DNA of 64,000 nucleotides from Pasteurellaceae bacterium (lineage in GTDB: Bacteria > Pseudomonadota > Gammaproteobacteria > Enterobacterales > Pasteurellaceae). This document shows positions 20,262 to 30,495 of this stretch, in pieces. Numbering within the stretch: position 1 is the first letter of the stretch; every line of letters begins with the position of its first letter. Made by a program: the position numbers and the translations under genes. A model generated the notes under the pieces. The model ran no database searches, had not been told where the DNA came from, and saw only the letters and a program-made list of their open reading frames with translations. The DNA is taken from positions 32,251-96,250 of the forward strand of contig CAAEJV010000018.1 in assembly GCA_900756155.1 (NCBI GenBank), written 5' to 3'.

Positions 20262-20277
20262 AAAAAAGGTCATCCTG

Positions 20278-20853
20278 TTATTTTAAAATAAGATAAGCAA
20301 TCACAGCCAGAGCAACCACACTCCAACCAATGATTTCAATGGATTTACGTAATTTCGCGGCGAATTTTTCTCCGCCCCATGCAGCGAGTTTTGCCACTAA
20401 AATAAAACGAGCAAAACGCGACACAAATGCAGTAATCACAAAGGGGATAAACGCCATTTGCATCACGCCCGCGCAAATGGTGAAAACTTTGTAAGGAATC
20501 GGGCTAAAACCAGCGACAAATACCACTAAAATGCCCCATTCTTTAAACCACGCCATAGCCTGTTCCCAAGCAGCTTGGTAGCCCCATTGTTGAATATAAC
20601 CTTGAACCCAATCAAAGGCATAATAGCCGATAGCATAACCAATCATTCCCCCCACTACAGAAGCGACCGCTGTATAAAGCGCAAAACGAAACGCACTTTT
20701 CGGTTTTGACATTGACATTGGAATCAACATCACATCGGGTGGAATTGGAAAGAAAATGGCCTCAATAAAACTCACAAAGGATAGCCAAAACACGGCAAAG
20801 CGATGTTTTGACCATTGCATCGTTTTATCGTACATCGCACCAAAAATATTCAT
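20278..20853 (-). CDS. DedA/YqaA-family inner-membrane protein
   Basis: 191 aa, 4-5 TM helices, with a SNARE-associated/DedA-like core. Confidence 0.55.
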   Translation of the reverse strand: MNIFGAMYDKTMQWSKHRFAVFWLSFVSFIEAIFFPIPPDVMLIPMSMSKPKSAFRFALYTAVASVVGGMIGYAIGYYAFDWVQGYIQQWGYQAAWEQAMAWFKEWGILVVFVAGFSPIPYKVFTICAGVMQMAFIPFVITAFVSRFARFILVAKLAAWGGEKFAAKLRKSIEIIGWSVVALAVIAYLILK

Positions 20854-20904
20854 TCACTTATCCTTTATTGCTTCAATGGAGAAAATTCGTTTCAAAATGG
20901 CACA

Positions 20905-21645
20905 TTATTCACTTTCCAGCCAATCTTGTAAAGCAGCAATTGACTGATGAGCCGTAAGATCAGCTTGAATTGGTGTAATGGAAACATAACCATTTTTTAC
21001 TGCATGGAAATCGGTGCCTTCACCATCATATTCTGGCAAGCCTGATGGTCCAATCCAATAAATATTTTCGCCACGAGGATCTTCTTGTTTAATTACTTCC
21101 GCAGCGGATGAGCGATAGCCTAAATGACAGACTTTAATGCCTTTGAGTTCTTCGTAAGGCAAATCTGGCACATTGATATTGATCACTTCGCGTTTATTCA
21201 ATAATTGAGGATGTAATTTGGGAATCAAATCACACACCACGCGAGCCGCTGTTTCATAATGCAGACGACCATCTAAAGAAACTGCAATGGCTGGCAATCC
21301 CAAATGGCGACCTTCTAATGCAGCAGCCAAGGTACCTGAATACAATGTATCATCACCCATGTTACAACCTGCATTAATGCCAGATACTACGAGATCGACT
21401 TGCCCAGATAAAAAACCGTTTAATGCCAAATGCACACAATCAGCCGGCGTGCCATTTACGCAATAATCACCACTGTCTAAATGACGCGGGCGAAGTGGCT
21501 CAACAAGCGTTAATGAGCTTGATGCCGCGCTACGATTACGATCGGGCGCAACAATTACCACATCGGCAATTTTTCGTAATTCTTTTGCTAAAACTTGAAT
21601 CCCTTCGGCGTGAAAACCGTCATCATTGCTGACTAAAATTCGCAT
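20905..21645 (-). CDS. surE: 5'/3'-nucleotidase SurE
   Basis: [16 protein letters not shown]... is the SurE signature N-terminus. Confidence 0.93.
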   Translation of the reverse strand: MRILVSNDDGFHAEGIQVLAKELRKIADVVIVAPDRNRSAASSSLTLVEPLRPRHLDSGDYCVNGTPADCVHLALNGFLSGQVDLVVSGINAGCNMGDDTLYSGTLAAALEGRHLGLPAIAVSLDGRLHYETAARVVCDLIPKLHPQLLNKREVININVPDLPYEELKGIKVCHLGYRSSAAEVIKQEDPRGENIYWIGPSGLPEYDGEGTDFHAVKNGYVSITPIQADLTAHQSIAALQDWLESE

Positions 21646-22667
21646 TATTCTTCTTCCTTAATATTCACTAACTCTCGCACCAATGCAGTCGCATAACTCC
21701 CTGCCGGCAAATAAAATGAGAGCTTTAATCCTTCTTCAACAAACGTCCAATGGAAATCTTTTGCCTGCATCAATAAAGGGCGGCGTGCAGCTTTCATTCT
21801 TTCTTGTTTCATTAATTCTTGGAAAACCTGATGTTCTAAAACCACCTGATTTTCGACCGCACTTGCAGATAAATTTTCTTCGCCAATTAAAGGCGCGGTC
21901 AGCAAAATATCTTGTTCGTTCAAACGTTGCTGTAAAACCGCTAAATCTTCATTCTCATCGGCCTTAAACCAACTATGCGATCCGTTTAATTGTACAATAT
22001 CGTCTCTTAGAACCTGATCTGCCACATTTTGTTCAATTCGTTCTGCCACAACTAAATTAAAAATTTCACTGCGAGCGGCTGAAAGGTAAAAACTGCGTTT
22101 TTTACGATCTTTGACCTTAATTTCCCCTTTCGCCCAACGAATCGCTTGAGTCAGATTATGGCCATCTTGACCAAAACGTTGTTCGGTGAAATAGTTAGGA
22201 AAACCATATTTCGCCACAAAATTTAAGCGTTCATTTAACTCGTCACTTTCTTTTGCACCACGCAATAAAATCTCAAAAGCATTTCCTTGAAGACTTCCCG
22301 TGCGAATTTTACGATTATGGCGAGTCACTTCTAAAATCTCGACACCTTCCAATTGAAATTGGCTAAAATCAGGCGTTTCTTTACCTGGCATTTGTAAACA
22401 AAACCATTGTTCTGTAATACCATGACGATCTTTTAAACCGGCATACCCCATATTTCGATCAGAAATACCCGCAAACTTGGCAAGTTTTTCGCCCACAAAC
22501 AATGTATTGCAATCCGTTTTACGGATTTTTACCGCAACAAATTCGCCTTCGCCTGACATTTCATAGCCCAGATCTTCTTTCACAATAAAATCAGCGAACG
22601 CTTGCTTTAAAAGTGCGGTTGTTTTTGGCGGTGTTTTTAAGGTGAAATAAGGGAGATGTTTGACCAT
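21645..22667 (-). CDS. truD: tRNA pseudouridine(13) synthase
   Basis: TruD-family sequence about 340 aa long. The track ORF begins at a TTG (22712); I prefer the ATG at 22667 (MVKHLPYF...). Confidence 0.8.
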   Translation of the reverse strand: MVKHLPYFTLKTPPKTTALLKQAFADFIVKEDLGYEMSGEGEFVAVKIRKTDCNTLFVGEKLAKFAGISDRNMGYAGLKDRHGITEQWFCLQMPGKETPDFSQFQLEGVEILEVTRHNRKIRTGSLQGNAFEILLRGAKESDELNERLNFVAKYGFPNYFTEQRFGQDGHNLTQAIRWAKGEIKVKDRKKRSFYLSAARSEIFNLVVAERIEQNVADQVLRDDIVQLNGSHSWFKADENEDLAVLQQRLNEQDILLTAPLIGEENLSASAVENQVVLEHQVFQELMKQERMKAARRPLLMQAKDFHWTFVEEGLKLSFYLPAGSYATALVRELVNIKEEE

Positions 22668-22834
22668 TTTTTTTCGTTCTAAAATAAGAAAGCCCAACTT
22701 TTTTCGCTGCAATAAATAGCGTGATCAGCTGGGCATGTTAAGCACAATTTATTCGCGCAGAATTTTAACCTTTCCGCCCCCTCAAGGCAAACTGAAATGA
22801 GCATAAATTTTTAGCGACATTTTCATCTTTATCC

Positions 22835-22840
22835 CCTACA
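22835..22840 (+). promoter_or_regulatory. candidate -10 hexamer TACAAT upstream of rraB
   Basis: ccccTACAATgaccgcactt lies about 35 nt before the rraB ATG. No clear -35 element. Confidence 0.25.
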
Positions 22841-22874
22841 ATGACCGCACTTTTTCTGACAAAAGGAATGCCTT

Positions 22875-23303
22875 ATGACGAACTTTAACGAACTTCAAGA
22901 AGAAACCCGTGAAATCATTACGGATTTATTAAATGACGGCAGCGATCCGGATGCCCTTTATATTATCGAACATCATATCGCCCATTATGATTTTGATACC
23001 TTAGAAAAAATTGCCGTGGATGCTTTCAAAGCAGGCTATGAAGTGTCAGAAGCAGAAGAATTTGAAGATGAAAATGGCAAGGTCATTTTCTGTTTTGACA
23101 TCATCAGTGAAGTGGAATTAAAGCCTGAAATTATTGATGCACAACAAAAAGAAATTTTACCATTAGTCGAAAAATACAAAGGCATTTATGATGGCTGGGG
23201 CACGTATTTTGAAGATCCGAATGCAGAGGACGATGAATACGGCGATGACGGCGAATTTTTTGACGATGAAGATGTCGAAGACGACAACGAACGTTTACAT
23301 TAA
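22875..23303 (+). CDS. rraB: regulator of ribonuclease activity B (RNase E inhibitor)
   Basis: Motifs [25 protein letters not shown] and an acidic C-terminal tail match E. coli RraB (YjgD). Confidence 0.85.
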   Translation: MTNFNELQEETREIITDLLNDGSDPDALYIIEHHIAHYDFDTLEKIAVDAFKAGYEVSEAEEFEDENGKVIFCFDIISEVELKPEIIDAQQKEILPLVEKYKGIYDGWGTYFEDPNAEDDEYGDDGEFFDDEDVEDDNERLH

Positions 23304-23308
23304 TAATA

Positions 23309-23342
23309 ACAAGGGCGTGTTAAACCGCCCTTAATTTTTATC
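23309..23342 (+). terminator. rraB terminator hairpin
   Basis: aagggcg-tgttaaac-cgccctt followed by aattttta. Confidence 0.55.
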
Positions 23343-23356
23343 TTACCCAAATAGGA

Positions 23357-24079
23357 ATGAAAAAAATGAAACTCAAAGCACTTTCTTTGGCATTACTTGC
23401 CTTGCCTATCACTTCTTTTGCTGCAGAACCCGTATCTCATCAGCCAACTGATGTCAGCTTTAGTGTTGAAGCTGAAAGAGAGGTAGAACGTGATTTATTG
23501 CAAGTCTCCCTTTTTTACCAAACGGAAGGCAATGATTTATCCGCACTCAATAAAACTATGGCAGAAAAAATGAATAAAGCCATTGAGTTGGCAAAAGCAC
23601 AAAGTGCGGTTGAAATTAAAGATAATTCTCGTAATACCTGGATTCGCTATGATAATAAAGGCAAACAACAAGGCTGGATTGCGCGTGCAGAATTAACCTT
23701 AGAAAGTAAAGATTCTCAAGTGTTATCAACATTAGTACATGAATTAGATGGCGTATTAGCCATTGATCGCGTAAGTTCCTCCGTTTCACGTGAGAAATTA
23801 AATAGCTTAGAAAAAGAATTAACCAAAGAAGCTTTAGCGAAAGTTAAAGATAAAGCCCTCTTAATTCAAGAATCTTTGCAGATGAAAGGTTATCACACAC
23901 AAAGCCTTGACGTGTCTTCTGCCAATGATTCAGCGAATGATTTCCGCCCTTATGCCGCAGGGGCAATGATGGCAAAAAGTTTCTCTTACTCGGATGAAAA
24001 AGATGAAACTTACACTCAAAGTGGCAAAGAGAAAATTAAAGTCAGTGTGAATGCGCGAATTGCATTGCTTAAAGAATAA
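23357..24079 (+). CDS. periplasmic SIMPL/DUF541-domain protein (YggE-like)
   Basis: Signal peptide plus about 220 aa, with the two-part pattern seen in YggE/SIMPL proteins. A weak call. Confidence 0.45.
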   Translation: MKKMKLKALSLALLALPITSFAAEPVSHQPTDVSFSVEAEREVERDLLQVSLFYQTEGNDLSALNKTMAEKMNKAIELAKAQSAVEIKDNSRNTWIRYDNKGKQQGWIARAELTLESKDSQVLSTLVHELDGVLAIDRVSSSVSREKLNSLEKELTKEALAKVKDKALLIQESLQMKGYHTQSLDVSSANDSANDFRPYAAGAMMAKSFSYSDEKDETYTQSGKEKIKVSVNARIALLKE

Positions 24080-24123
24080 TTTTCTATACAATGAATGACG
24101 ATTTTTTTAATAAGGAAAACAAT

Positions 24124-24762
24124 ATGAAAGTAGCAAAAAATACGGTTGTGAGTATCGCTTACCAAGTACGTACTCAAGACGGTGTATTAGTTGATGAAGC
24201 ACCAGCAAATCAACCATTAGAATATTTACAAGGCCACAATAACTTAATCATTGGTCTTGAAAATGCCTTAGAAGGTAAAGAAGTTGGCGACAAATTTGAA
24301 GTGCGTGTTCAACCTGAAGAAGGCTACGGCGAATACAATGAAAACATGGTTCAACGTGTACCAAAAGAAGTATTCCAAGGCGTTGATGAAGTGGTGGTTG
24401 GTATGCGTTTCTTAGCAGATACAGATATCGGCCCTGTTCCAGTTGTGATCACGGAAGTGGATGGCGATGAAGTAGTGGTTGATGGTAACCATATGTTAGC
24501 GGGTCAAGAACTACACTTCACTGTTGAAGTTGTTGGTACTCGTGAAGCAACATTAGAAGAAATTGCTCACGGTCACGTGCATGGTGAACACGATCATCAC
24601 CACCATCACGATGATGAAGGCGGTCACGGTTGCGGTTGTGGCGGTCACGGTCATCACCACCATGACCACGATCATGGACACGGCGGTTGCTGTGGCGGTG
24701 ATCATAAACACGATCATGATCACGGACACGGTCATGGCGGCTGTGGTTGCGGCGGTCACTAA
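24124..24762 (+). CDS. slyD: FKBP-type peptidyl-prolyl isomerase SlyD with extended His/Cys/Gly-rich metal-binding tail
   Basis: MKVAKNTVVSIAYQVRTQDG... matches SlyD, with an RBS AAGGAAA. The C-terminal roughly 65 aa are almost entirely H, D, G and C. Confidence 0.9.
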   Translation: MKVAKNTVVSIAYQVRTQDGVLVDEAPANQPLEYLQGHNNLIIGLENALEGKEVGDKFEVRVQPEEGYGEYNENMVQRVPKEVFQGVDEVVVGMRFLADTDIGPVPVVITEVDGDEVVVDGNHMLAGQELHFTVEVVGTREATLEEIAHGHVHGEHDHHHHHDDEGGHGCGCGGHGHHHHDHDHGHGGCCGGDHKHDHDHGHGHGGCGCGGH

Positions 24763-24777
24763 TCTTAATCTAGAGAC

Positions 24778-24812
24778 AAAAAAAGTGCGGTTAAAAATAA
24801 CCGCACTTTTTC
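24778..24812. terminator. bidirectional USS-pair terminator between slyD and hslU
   Basis: aaaaaagtgcggttaaaaataaccgcactttttc. Confidence 0.6.
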
Positions 24813-24828
24813 TTTATCTAAACTTTCA

Positions 24829-26163
24829 TTACAGAATAAATCGACTTAAATCTTCATTCTCGATCACTTCGCCTAATGCCTCAATCACATAGGCCGCATC
24901 AATATTTACGGTTTGTCCGTTCATATCGCTCGCATCGAATGAAATTTTATCCATTAAACGTTCCATAACGGTATGTAAACGTCTTGCGCCGATATTCTCC
25001 GTTTTCTCATTCACACGGAAGGCGGCTTCAGCAATTTTCTTAATCGCATCTTGTGTAAACTCAATGCTCACGCCTTCTGTTGCCATGAGCGCTTTATATT
25101 GCTCCGTTAAAGATGCATTTGGTTCAGTTAGAATACGCTCAAAATCTTCTGCCGTTAATGCTGATAATTCAACACGAATCGGCAAACGACCTTGCAACTC
25201 TGGGATTAAATCCGATGGACGCGCCACTTGGAATGCACCCGATGCAATAAAGAGAATATGATCAGTTTTCACCATCCCGTGTTTGGTATTAACCGTTGAA
25301 CCTTCCACTAATGGCAATAAGTCTCGTTGCACGCCTTCACGAGAGACATCGGCACCACTGTATTCGCCTTTTTTACAGATCTTATCGATCTCATCAATAA
25401 ACACGATACCGTTTTGCTCAACTGCATCGATAGCTTTTTGTTTCAATTCCTCTGGATTGATCAATTTGGCTGCTTCATCATCAATTAAGGTTTTTAACGC
25501 ATCCTTAATTTTCATTTTGCGTTTTTTAGTTTTATCCGATCCCAGGCTTTGGAACATGGATTGCAACTGATTAGTCATTTCTTCCATGCCTGGAGGCGCC
25601 ATGATTTCTACGCCCATTGACACGCCCGCAGACACATCAATTTCGATTTCTTTATCGTCTAATTGTCCTTCACGTAATTTTTTACGGAACGCTTGGCGAG
25701 TGCTGCTGTTGGTGTCGTGGTTTTCGACTTCACCCCATTGATTTTTCGGTGGGGGCAATAATGCATCTAAAATACGATCTTCCGCCGCATCTTCTGCTTT
25801 CGCACGATTTTTCGCAATTTCTTGTTGGCGAACCAATTTCATCGCACTGTCCGTTAAATCACGGATAATGGAATCCACTTCTTTCCCCACATAGCCCACT
25901 TCGGTGAACTTGGTTGCTTCCACTTTAATGAATGGTGCATTAGCTAATTTTGCAAGACGACGCGCAATCTCGGTTTTACCCACGCCCGTTGGTCCAATCA
26001 TTAAAATATTTTTAGGGGTAACTTCATGGCGAAGTGGCTCTTGCAACTGCATTCTTCTCCAACGGTTACGCAACGCGATCGCAACCGCTCTTTTCGCCTC
26101 TTTTTGGCCGATAATATGTTGATCTAATTCGGAAACAATTTCACGAGGGGTCATTTCAGACAT
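24829..26163 (-). CDS. hslU: ATP-dependent protease ATPase subunit HslU
   Basis: [20 protein letters not shown]..., Walker A GPTGVGKT, 444 aa. Confidence 0.97.
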   Translation of the reverse strand: MSEMTPREIVSELDQHIIGQKEAKRAVAIALRNRWRRMQLQEPLRHEVTPKNILMIGPTGVGKTEIARRLAKLANAPFIKVEATKFTEVGYVGKEVDSIIRDLTDSAMKLVRQQEIAKNRAKAEDAAEDRILDALLPPPKNQWGEVENHDTNSSTRQAFRKKLREGQLDDKEIEIDVSAGVSMGVEIMAPPGMEEMTNQLQSMFQSLGSDKTKKRKMKIKDALKTLIDDEAAKLINPEELKQKAIDAVEQNGIVFIDEIDKICKKGEYSGADVSREGVQRDLLPLVEGSTVNTKHGMVKTDHILFIASGAFQVARPSDLIPELQGRLPIRVELSALTAEDFERILTEPNASLTEQYKALMATEGVSIEFTQDAIKKIAEAAFRVNEKTENIGARRLHTVMERLMDKISFDASDMNGQTVNIDAAYVIEALGEVIENEDLSRFIL

Positions 26164-26172
26164 AATTTTTCC

Positions 26173-26703
26173 TTATTTATTCGGTAATTCTTCGATAGTG
26201 AAATTCGTATTGGTGAACACGCAAATATCACCCGCAATTTTTAAAGATTTTTCTACAATTTCACGAGCTGATAAATCGGTATTTTCTACCAACGCACGGG
26301 CTGCTGATAATGCATAATTACCGCCTGAACCAATGGCTAAAATCTGATCAGCTTCTGGTTGCACCACATCACCAATACCGGTAATGATTAAACTTTCTTT
26401 TTCATCCGCCACAATCAGCATCGCTTCTAACTTGCGTAACGCACGATCGGTTCGCCAATCTTTGGCTAATTCCACCGCAGCTTTTAACAAATGTCCTTGA
26501 TGCATTTCTAATTTACGCTCAAATAATTCAAATAAGGTGAACGCATCGGCTGTACCACCTGCGAAACCGGCTAAAACTTTGCCATTATATAAACGGCGCA
26601 CTTTACGGGCATTCCCTTTCATCACTGTGTTGCCTAATGAAACCTGTCCATCGCCCCCAACAACCACTTGGCCATTACGACGTACGCTTACAATTGTTGT
26701 CAT
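26173..26703 (-). CDS. hslV: ATP-dependent protease subunit HslV
   Basis: [20 protein letters not shown] has an N-terminal Thr nucleophile after Met removal; 176 aa. Confidence 0.97.
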   Translation of the reverse strand: MTTIVSVRRNGQVVVGGDGQVSLGNTVMKGNARKVRRLYNGKVLAGFAGGTADAFTLFELFERKLEMHQGHLLKAAVELAKDWRTDRALRKLEAMLIVADEKESLIITGIGDVVQPEADQILAIGSGGNYALSAARALVENTDLSAREIVEKSLKIAGDICVFTNTNFTIEELPNK

Positions 26704-26813
26704 TCTTTTAATCCTTCTTTTAAGAAAAGTTACTCGTTATATGGCGATCGATTCCACCAAATTCAAGGGAAAATTTTTCTTTGATGCTTTATTAGACAAT
26801 CAGTTTTAAAAAA

Positions 26814-26829
26814 TGTGACAAAGATCACT
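26814..26829. promoter_or_regulatory. CRP-like site TGTGA-N6-TCACt upstream of aphA
   Basis: aaaaTGTGAcaaagaTCACttttt, about 95 nt upstream of the aphA ATG. It shares the 14-mer with the deo-region site. Confidence 0.4.
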
Positions 26830-26923
26830 TTTTTAAATAGCAAACGATTGCTATTATTTCACACCTTTATTTTAAAGGAATATGATTTGTTACAAATAAA
26901 ACAAACTACTTAATGAGGAAAAC

Positions 26924-27631
26924 ATGAAAAATTTACTTAAACTTTCTGCCATTGCAATTTTAGCGGCAAGCGCAGCCTCTACTTTTGCATCAAACAAAGA
27001 ACCTTACACTGAACAAGGTACGAATGCTCGTGAAATGACAGAGCAAAAACCGATTCACTGGATCTCTGTTGAGCAGTTGAAAAAAGAATTAGAAGGCAAA
27101 GCACCAATTAATGTGAGCTTCGACATTGATGATACTGTACTTTTCAGTAGCCCTTGTTTCTACCACGGCCAAGAAAAATACTCACCAGGTAAAAATGATT
27201 ACTTAAAAAATCAAGATTTCTGGAATGAAGTGAATGCGGGTTGTGACCAATATTCCATTCCAAAACAAATTGCGGTGGATTTAATTAATATGCACCAAGC
27301 ACGTGGTGACCAAATTTATTTCATCACAGGTCGTACAGCGGGCGATAAAGATGGTGTGACACCTGTGCTACAAAAAGCCTTTAATATTAAAGATATGCAC
27401 CCTGTAGAATTCATGGGCGGTCGCAAACTTCCAACTAAATATAACAAAACACCGGGTATTATTGACCACAAAGTGAGTATTCACTATGGAGACAGCGATG
27501 ACGATATACTCGCAGCAAAAGAAGCAGGTGTTCGTGGTATTCGTTTAATGCGTGCAGCAAACTCTACTTACCAACCAATGCCAACCCTTGGTGGCTACGG
27601 TGAAGAAGTATTGATTAACTCAAATTACTAA
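26924..27631 (+). CDS. aphA: class B acid phosphatase / phosphotransferase
   Basis: Signal peptide, the DDDD-family motif FDIDDTVLFSSP and YGDSDDDI; close collinearity with E. coli AphA. Confidence 0.9.
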   Translation: MKNLLKLSAIAILAASAASTFASNKEPYTEQGTNAREMTEQKPIHWISVEQLKKELEGKAPINVSFDIDDTVLFSSPCFYHGQEKYSPGKNDYLKNQDFWNEVNAGCDQYSIPKQIAVDLINMHQARGDQIYFITGRTAGDKDGVTPVLQKAFNIKDMHPVEFMGGRKLPTKYNKTPGIIDHKVSIHYGDSDDDILAAKEAGVRGIRLMRAANSTYQPMPTLGGYGEEVLINSNY

Positions 27632-27638
27632 TCTTCCT

Positions 27639-27672
27639 AAAAAGTGCGGTTATTTTGACCGCACTTTTCTTA
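27639..27672 (+). terminator. USS-pair terminator after aphA
   Basis: aaaagtgcggttattttgaccgcacttttct. Confidence 0.55.
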
Positions 27673-27746
27673 TCTAATTAACCATCTTAATTTTTAAAAA
27701 GTTTCTGGGAATATGCTAAAATTTTTCTGTTTTCAGGAGCCTATTT

Positions 27747-29357
27747 ATGTCAGAACTCACGTCTAATCAATACTTAATTATCATTGCCGTGCTGGTTTTT
27801 ATCAGTATTGTGATGCTTTTTCTATTAAGCCGTAGCAAACAAGATACACAAGAATTACAACAAGATCTCAATAAAACTATCGGCGATTACAATCAATTGG
27901 CTGAGCGTTTTGACTCCTTAAGTGCGGTCAAAAATCAATTAGAACAACAAGCCGTTAAAGTACAAACTCATGCGGAAGGTTTGCAAACTCGTCTTAATGA
28001 ACGTGATGAAAAAATCCAATATTTAGAAAAAGAATTAGATGAAGAACAGCTCCGCCACGATCAAATTGGCGGGCAAATCACCGCATTAAAAGAACGCTTT
28101 GGGATAGCATCTGCACAAGCAGAAAGCTTGCAAGGTCAATTACAACAAGCACAAGAAAATGTACTTAGAAAAGAACAAGAGCAGCAAAAAACGCAGGAAA
28201 AATTGACCGCACTTTCACAAGAATTAACGGAGCTCAAAACCACCCTTTCCGAAAAAGAAAAACATTTTGCTGAACAGCAACAGCATATTGAGCAATCCAA
28301 ACAACAGCTAGGTGTGGAATTCCAAAATCTGGCCAACCGCATTTTGGAAGAAAAAAGCCAATCCTTTAATCAAACCAATCAAACCGCATTGGAAACCTTG
28401 TTGAAGCCTTTCCGTGAACAAATCGAGGGCTTTCAAAAACGAGTCAATGAAATCCATTCGGAATCGGTGAAAGGCAATGCGGGTTTAGAAGCGGAAATCA
28501 AAAAGGTGTTGGAAATTGGCTTAAATATGTCGCAAGAAGCCAATAATTTAACTTCTGCTTTAAAAGGTGAAAAGAAAACCCTAGGCAACTGGGGAGAAGT
28601 ACAACTTGAGCGCGCACTTCAGTTGGCAGGCTTGATTGAAAACGTGCATTACAGTGCACAGGCTCATTTTAAAGATGAACAAGGCGGTCGAAACTATCCT
28701 GATTTTGTGCTCAATTTACCTGATGAGAAAAATATTATCATCGATAGCAAAATGTCATTGAATGCTTACGAAAGTGCGGTCAATTCTGAGGATGAATTTG
28801 AACGTGAGCGTTTACTAAGGGAGCATATTAAAGCCCTGAAAAATCACATTGATGACTTGCACCGCAAGGATTACAGCAATTTGATTGGCATGCGCAGTCC
28901 TAATTTTGTCTTGATGTTCATTGCAGTGGAACCCGCTTATATTGAAGCCTTAAAATTAGACCCAAGTCTATTTAATTATGGCTACGAGAAAAATGTCATT
29001 ATGGTTTCACACACGACTCTCATGCCAATTTTACGCACAGTGGCAAATTTATGGCGTATCGAACGAGGCAATGCCGAAGCCAAAGAAATCGCAGAAAAAG
29101 CAGGTGAAATTTACAACCAGATTTGCTTGGTGGCCGAACGCTTGAACAAACTAGGCAACACCCTTTCCACAGTGAGCAATCAATACAACAGCACCGTTAC
29201 TGCCCTAGTGGGGCAACAAGGTTTAGTGGGGAAAGTGGAACGCTTTAAAGACTTGTCAGCGAAAGCTAACAAGAGCATGCCAAACGTTGAATTGCTCAAT
29301 AATGACGTGGATTTAACGCGCCTATCCCTTATCACTACCGAGAATGAGGTAAAATAA
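27747..29357 (+). CDS. rmuC: DNA recombination protein RmuC
   Basis: N-terminal TM helix, a long Q/E-rich coiled coil, then the conserved RmuC C-terminal nuclease-like domain. Confidence 0.85.
   Translation: MSELTSNQYLIIIAVLVFISIVMLFLLSRSKQDTQELQQDLNKTIGDYNQLAERFDSLSAVKNQLEQQAVKVQTHAEGLQTRLNERDEKIQYLEKELDEEQLRHDQIGGQITALKERFGIASAQAESLQGQLQQAQENVLRKEQEQQKTQEKLTALSQELTELKTTLSEKEKHFAEQQQHIEQSKQQLGVEFQNLANRILEEKSQSFNQTNQTALETLLKPFREQIEGFQKRVNEIHSESVKGNAGLEAEIKKVLEIGLNMSQEANNLTSALKGEKKTLGNWGEVQLERALQLAGLIENVHYSAQAHFKDEQGGRNYPDFVLNLPDEKNIIIDSKMSLNAYESAVNSEDEFERERLLREHIKALKNHIDDLHRKDYSNLIGMRSPNFVLMFIAVEPAYIEALKLDPSLFNYGYEKNVIMVSHTTLMPILRTVANLWRIERGNAEAKEIAEKAGEIYNQICLVAERLNKLGNTLSTVSNQYNSTVTALVGQQGLVGKVERFKDLSAKANKSMPNVELLNNDVDLTRLSLITTENEVK
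28206..28214 (-). repeat. Hin-type USS core inside rmuC
   Basis: Sequence accgcactt; a second copy lies at 28772-28780 (+). Confidence 0.7.
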
Positions 29358-29380
29358 AAAACATCGGTTGAATTTTTCTT

Positions 29381-29412
29381 TAAAAGCGGCTATTTTCTTG
29401 CCGCTTTTTTAT
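29381..29412 (+). terminator. rmuC terminator hairpin
   Basis: aaaagcggc-tattttcttg-ccgctttttt. Confidence 0.55.
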
Positions 29413-29438
29413 TTGAATTTTTATTTATGAGGAATTTT

Positions 29439-29996
29439 ATGGCAACGGAACAAAAAGAAATCTCGGATCCATGTGCAAAATATAATGAACAAACTAGCTT
29501 TCTAAGCAAAACGATTTTTGCAAGTCGTTGGTTACAAGTGCCTATTTATTTAGGTTTAATTGTTGTACAAGGCATCTATGCCTACAAGTTTATGAAAAAC
29601 TTGTGGTATCTCATCACCAATGTTAATGAAATGGATGCGGACACCATTATGCTCGCCGTCCTCAATCTCATTGATGTGGTGATGATTGCAAACTTATTGG
29701 TGATGGTAACATTAGGCGGATACGAGATTTTTGTTTCAAAACTTCGTACAAAAAACCATCCTGATCAACCTGAATGGATGAATCATGTGAATGCAACCGT
29801 ACTGAAAGTGAAACTTTCTATGTCAATTATCAGCATTTCGTCTATTCACTTATTGCAAACCTTTGTGAATGCCTCAAAAATTTCTGAAAAAACGATTATG
29901 TGGGAAGTGATTATTCATTTTTCTTTCTTGATTTCTGCAATTGCCATGGCTTATACCGACAAAATTCTCTACAGTACAAGCCACAAAAACCATTAA
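29439..29996 (+). CDS. yqhA: UPF0114-family inner-membrane protein YqhA
   Basis: Matches E. coli YqhA at ...ASRWL..P.Y.GL... and LVMV..GGYE.FVS. The ATG at 29439 follows RBS GAGG. Confidence 0.8.
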   Translation: MATEQKEISDPCAKYNEQTSFLSKTIFASRWLQVPIYLGLIVVQGIYAYKFMKNLWYLITNVNEMDADTIMLAVLNLIDVVMIANLLVMVTLGGYEIFVSKLRTKNHPDQPEWMNHVNATVLKVKLSMSIISISSIHLLQTFVNASKISEKTIMWEVIIHFSFLISAIAMAYTDKILYSTSHKNH

Positions 29997-30000
29997 TACA

Positions 30001-30036
30001 AAAAGTACGGTCAAAATTGATCGCACTTTTGTTTTT
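30001..30036. terminator. degenerate USS-pair hairpin between yqhA and hslR
   Basis: aaaagtacggtcaaaattgatcgcacttttgtttttt. Confidence 0.4.
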
Positions 30037-30431
30037 TAGAACTCATCTTGATGTTTAAATTTCAATAAATCTCGACGTTCTTTTTTATTTGGACGACGAT
30101 CCGGGTGTGGCATCGAAAGGGCATTATTTTTTCTTGCCCACGCCATTTCTTCCCGTTTTTTCACACTCTGTGCTGTTTCTTGGTAAAGCAGTTGAGCCTC
30201 AGGTGCACCACGACGTTGATCGCTCAACGCAATCACTTCAATTTCTTTCTCATCATTGCCTTGGCGGAGTTTAATCATTGCACCAACTTCCACGGTTTTA
30301 CTCACTTTAGCACGTTGACCGTTATAATGGACTTTGCCCCCTTCAATCATCGCTTTCGCAATGCTACGAGTTTTATAAAAACGTGCCGCCCAGAGCCATT
30401 TATCTAATCGTACTTCGTTATTTTCAGCCAT
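30036..30431 (-). CDS. hslR: ribosome-associated heat-shock protein Hsp15 (S4 RNA-binding domain)
   Basis: VRLDKWLWAARFYKTRS... is an S4 domain. I chose the start at MAENNEVRLDKW (30431), giving about 132 aa; the track ORF is over-extended. Confidence 0.85.
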   Translation of the reverse strand: MAENNEVRLDKWLWAARFYKTRSIAKAMIEGGKVHYNGQRAKVSKTVEVGAMIKLRQGNDEKEIEVIALSDQRRGAPEAQLLYQETAQSVKKREEMAWARKNNALSMPHPDRRPNKKERRDLLKFKHQDEF

Positions 30432-30495
30432 AACTCTTCCTATTTCTCTCACTTTGCGTATGATGAGCCAATGACAAGATAATAGGGCTAATATC

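Noticed and set aside
30432-30495. Apparent head-to-head overlap of hslR and nudE in the ORF track
   Set aside because: It disappears once hslR is started at MAENNEVRLDKW (30431). The two genes are then divergent with a 64-bp shared promoter spacer, as expected.
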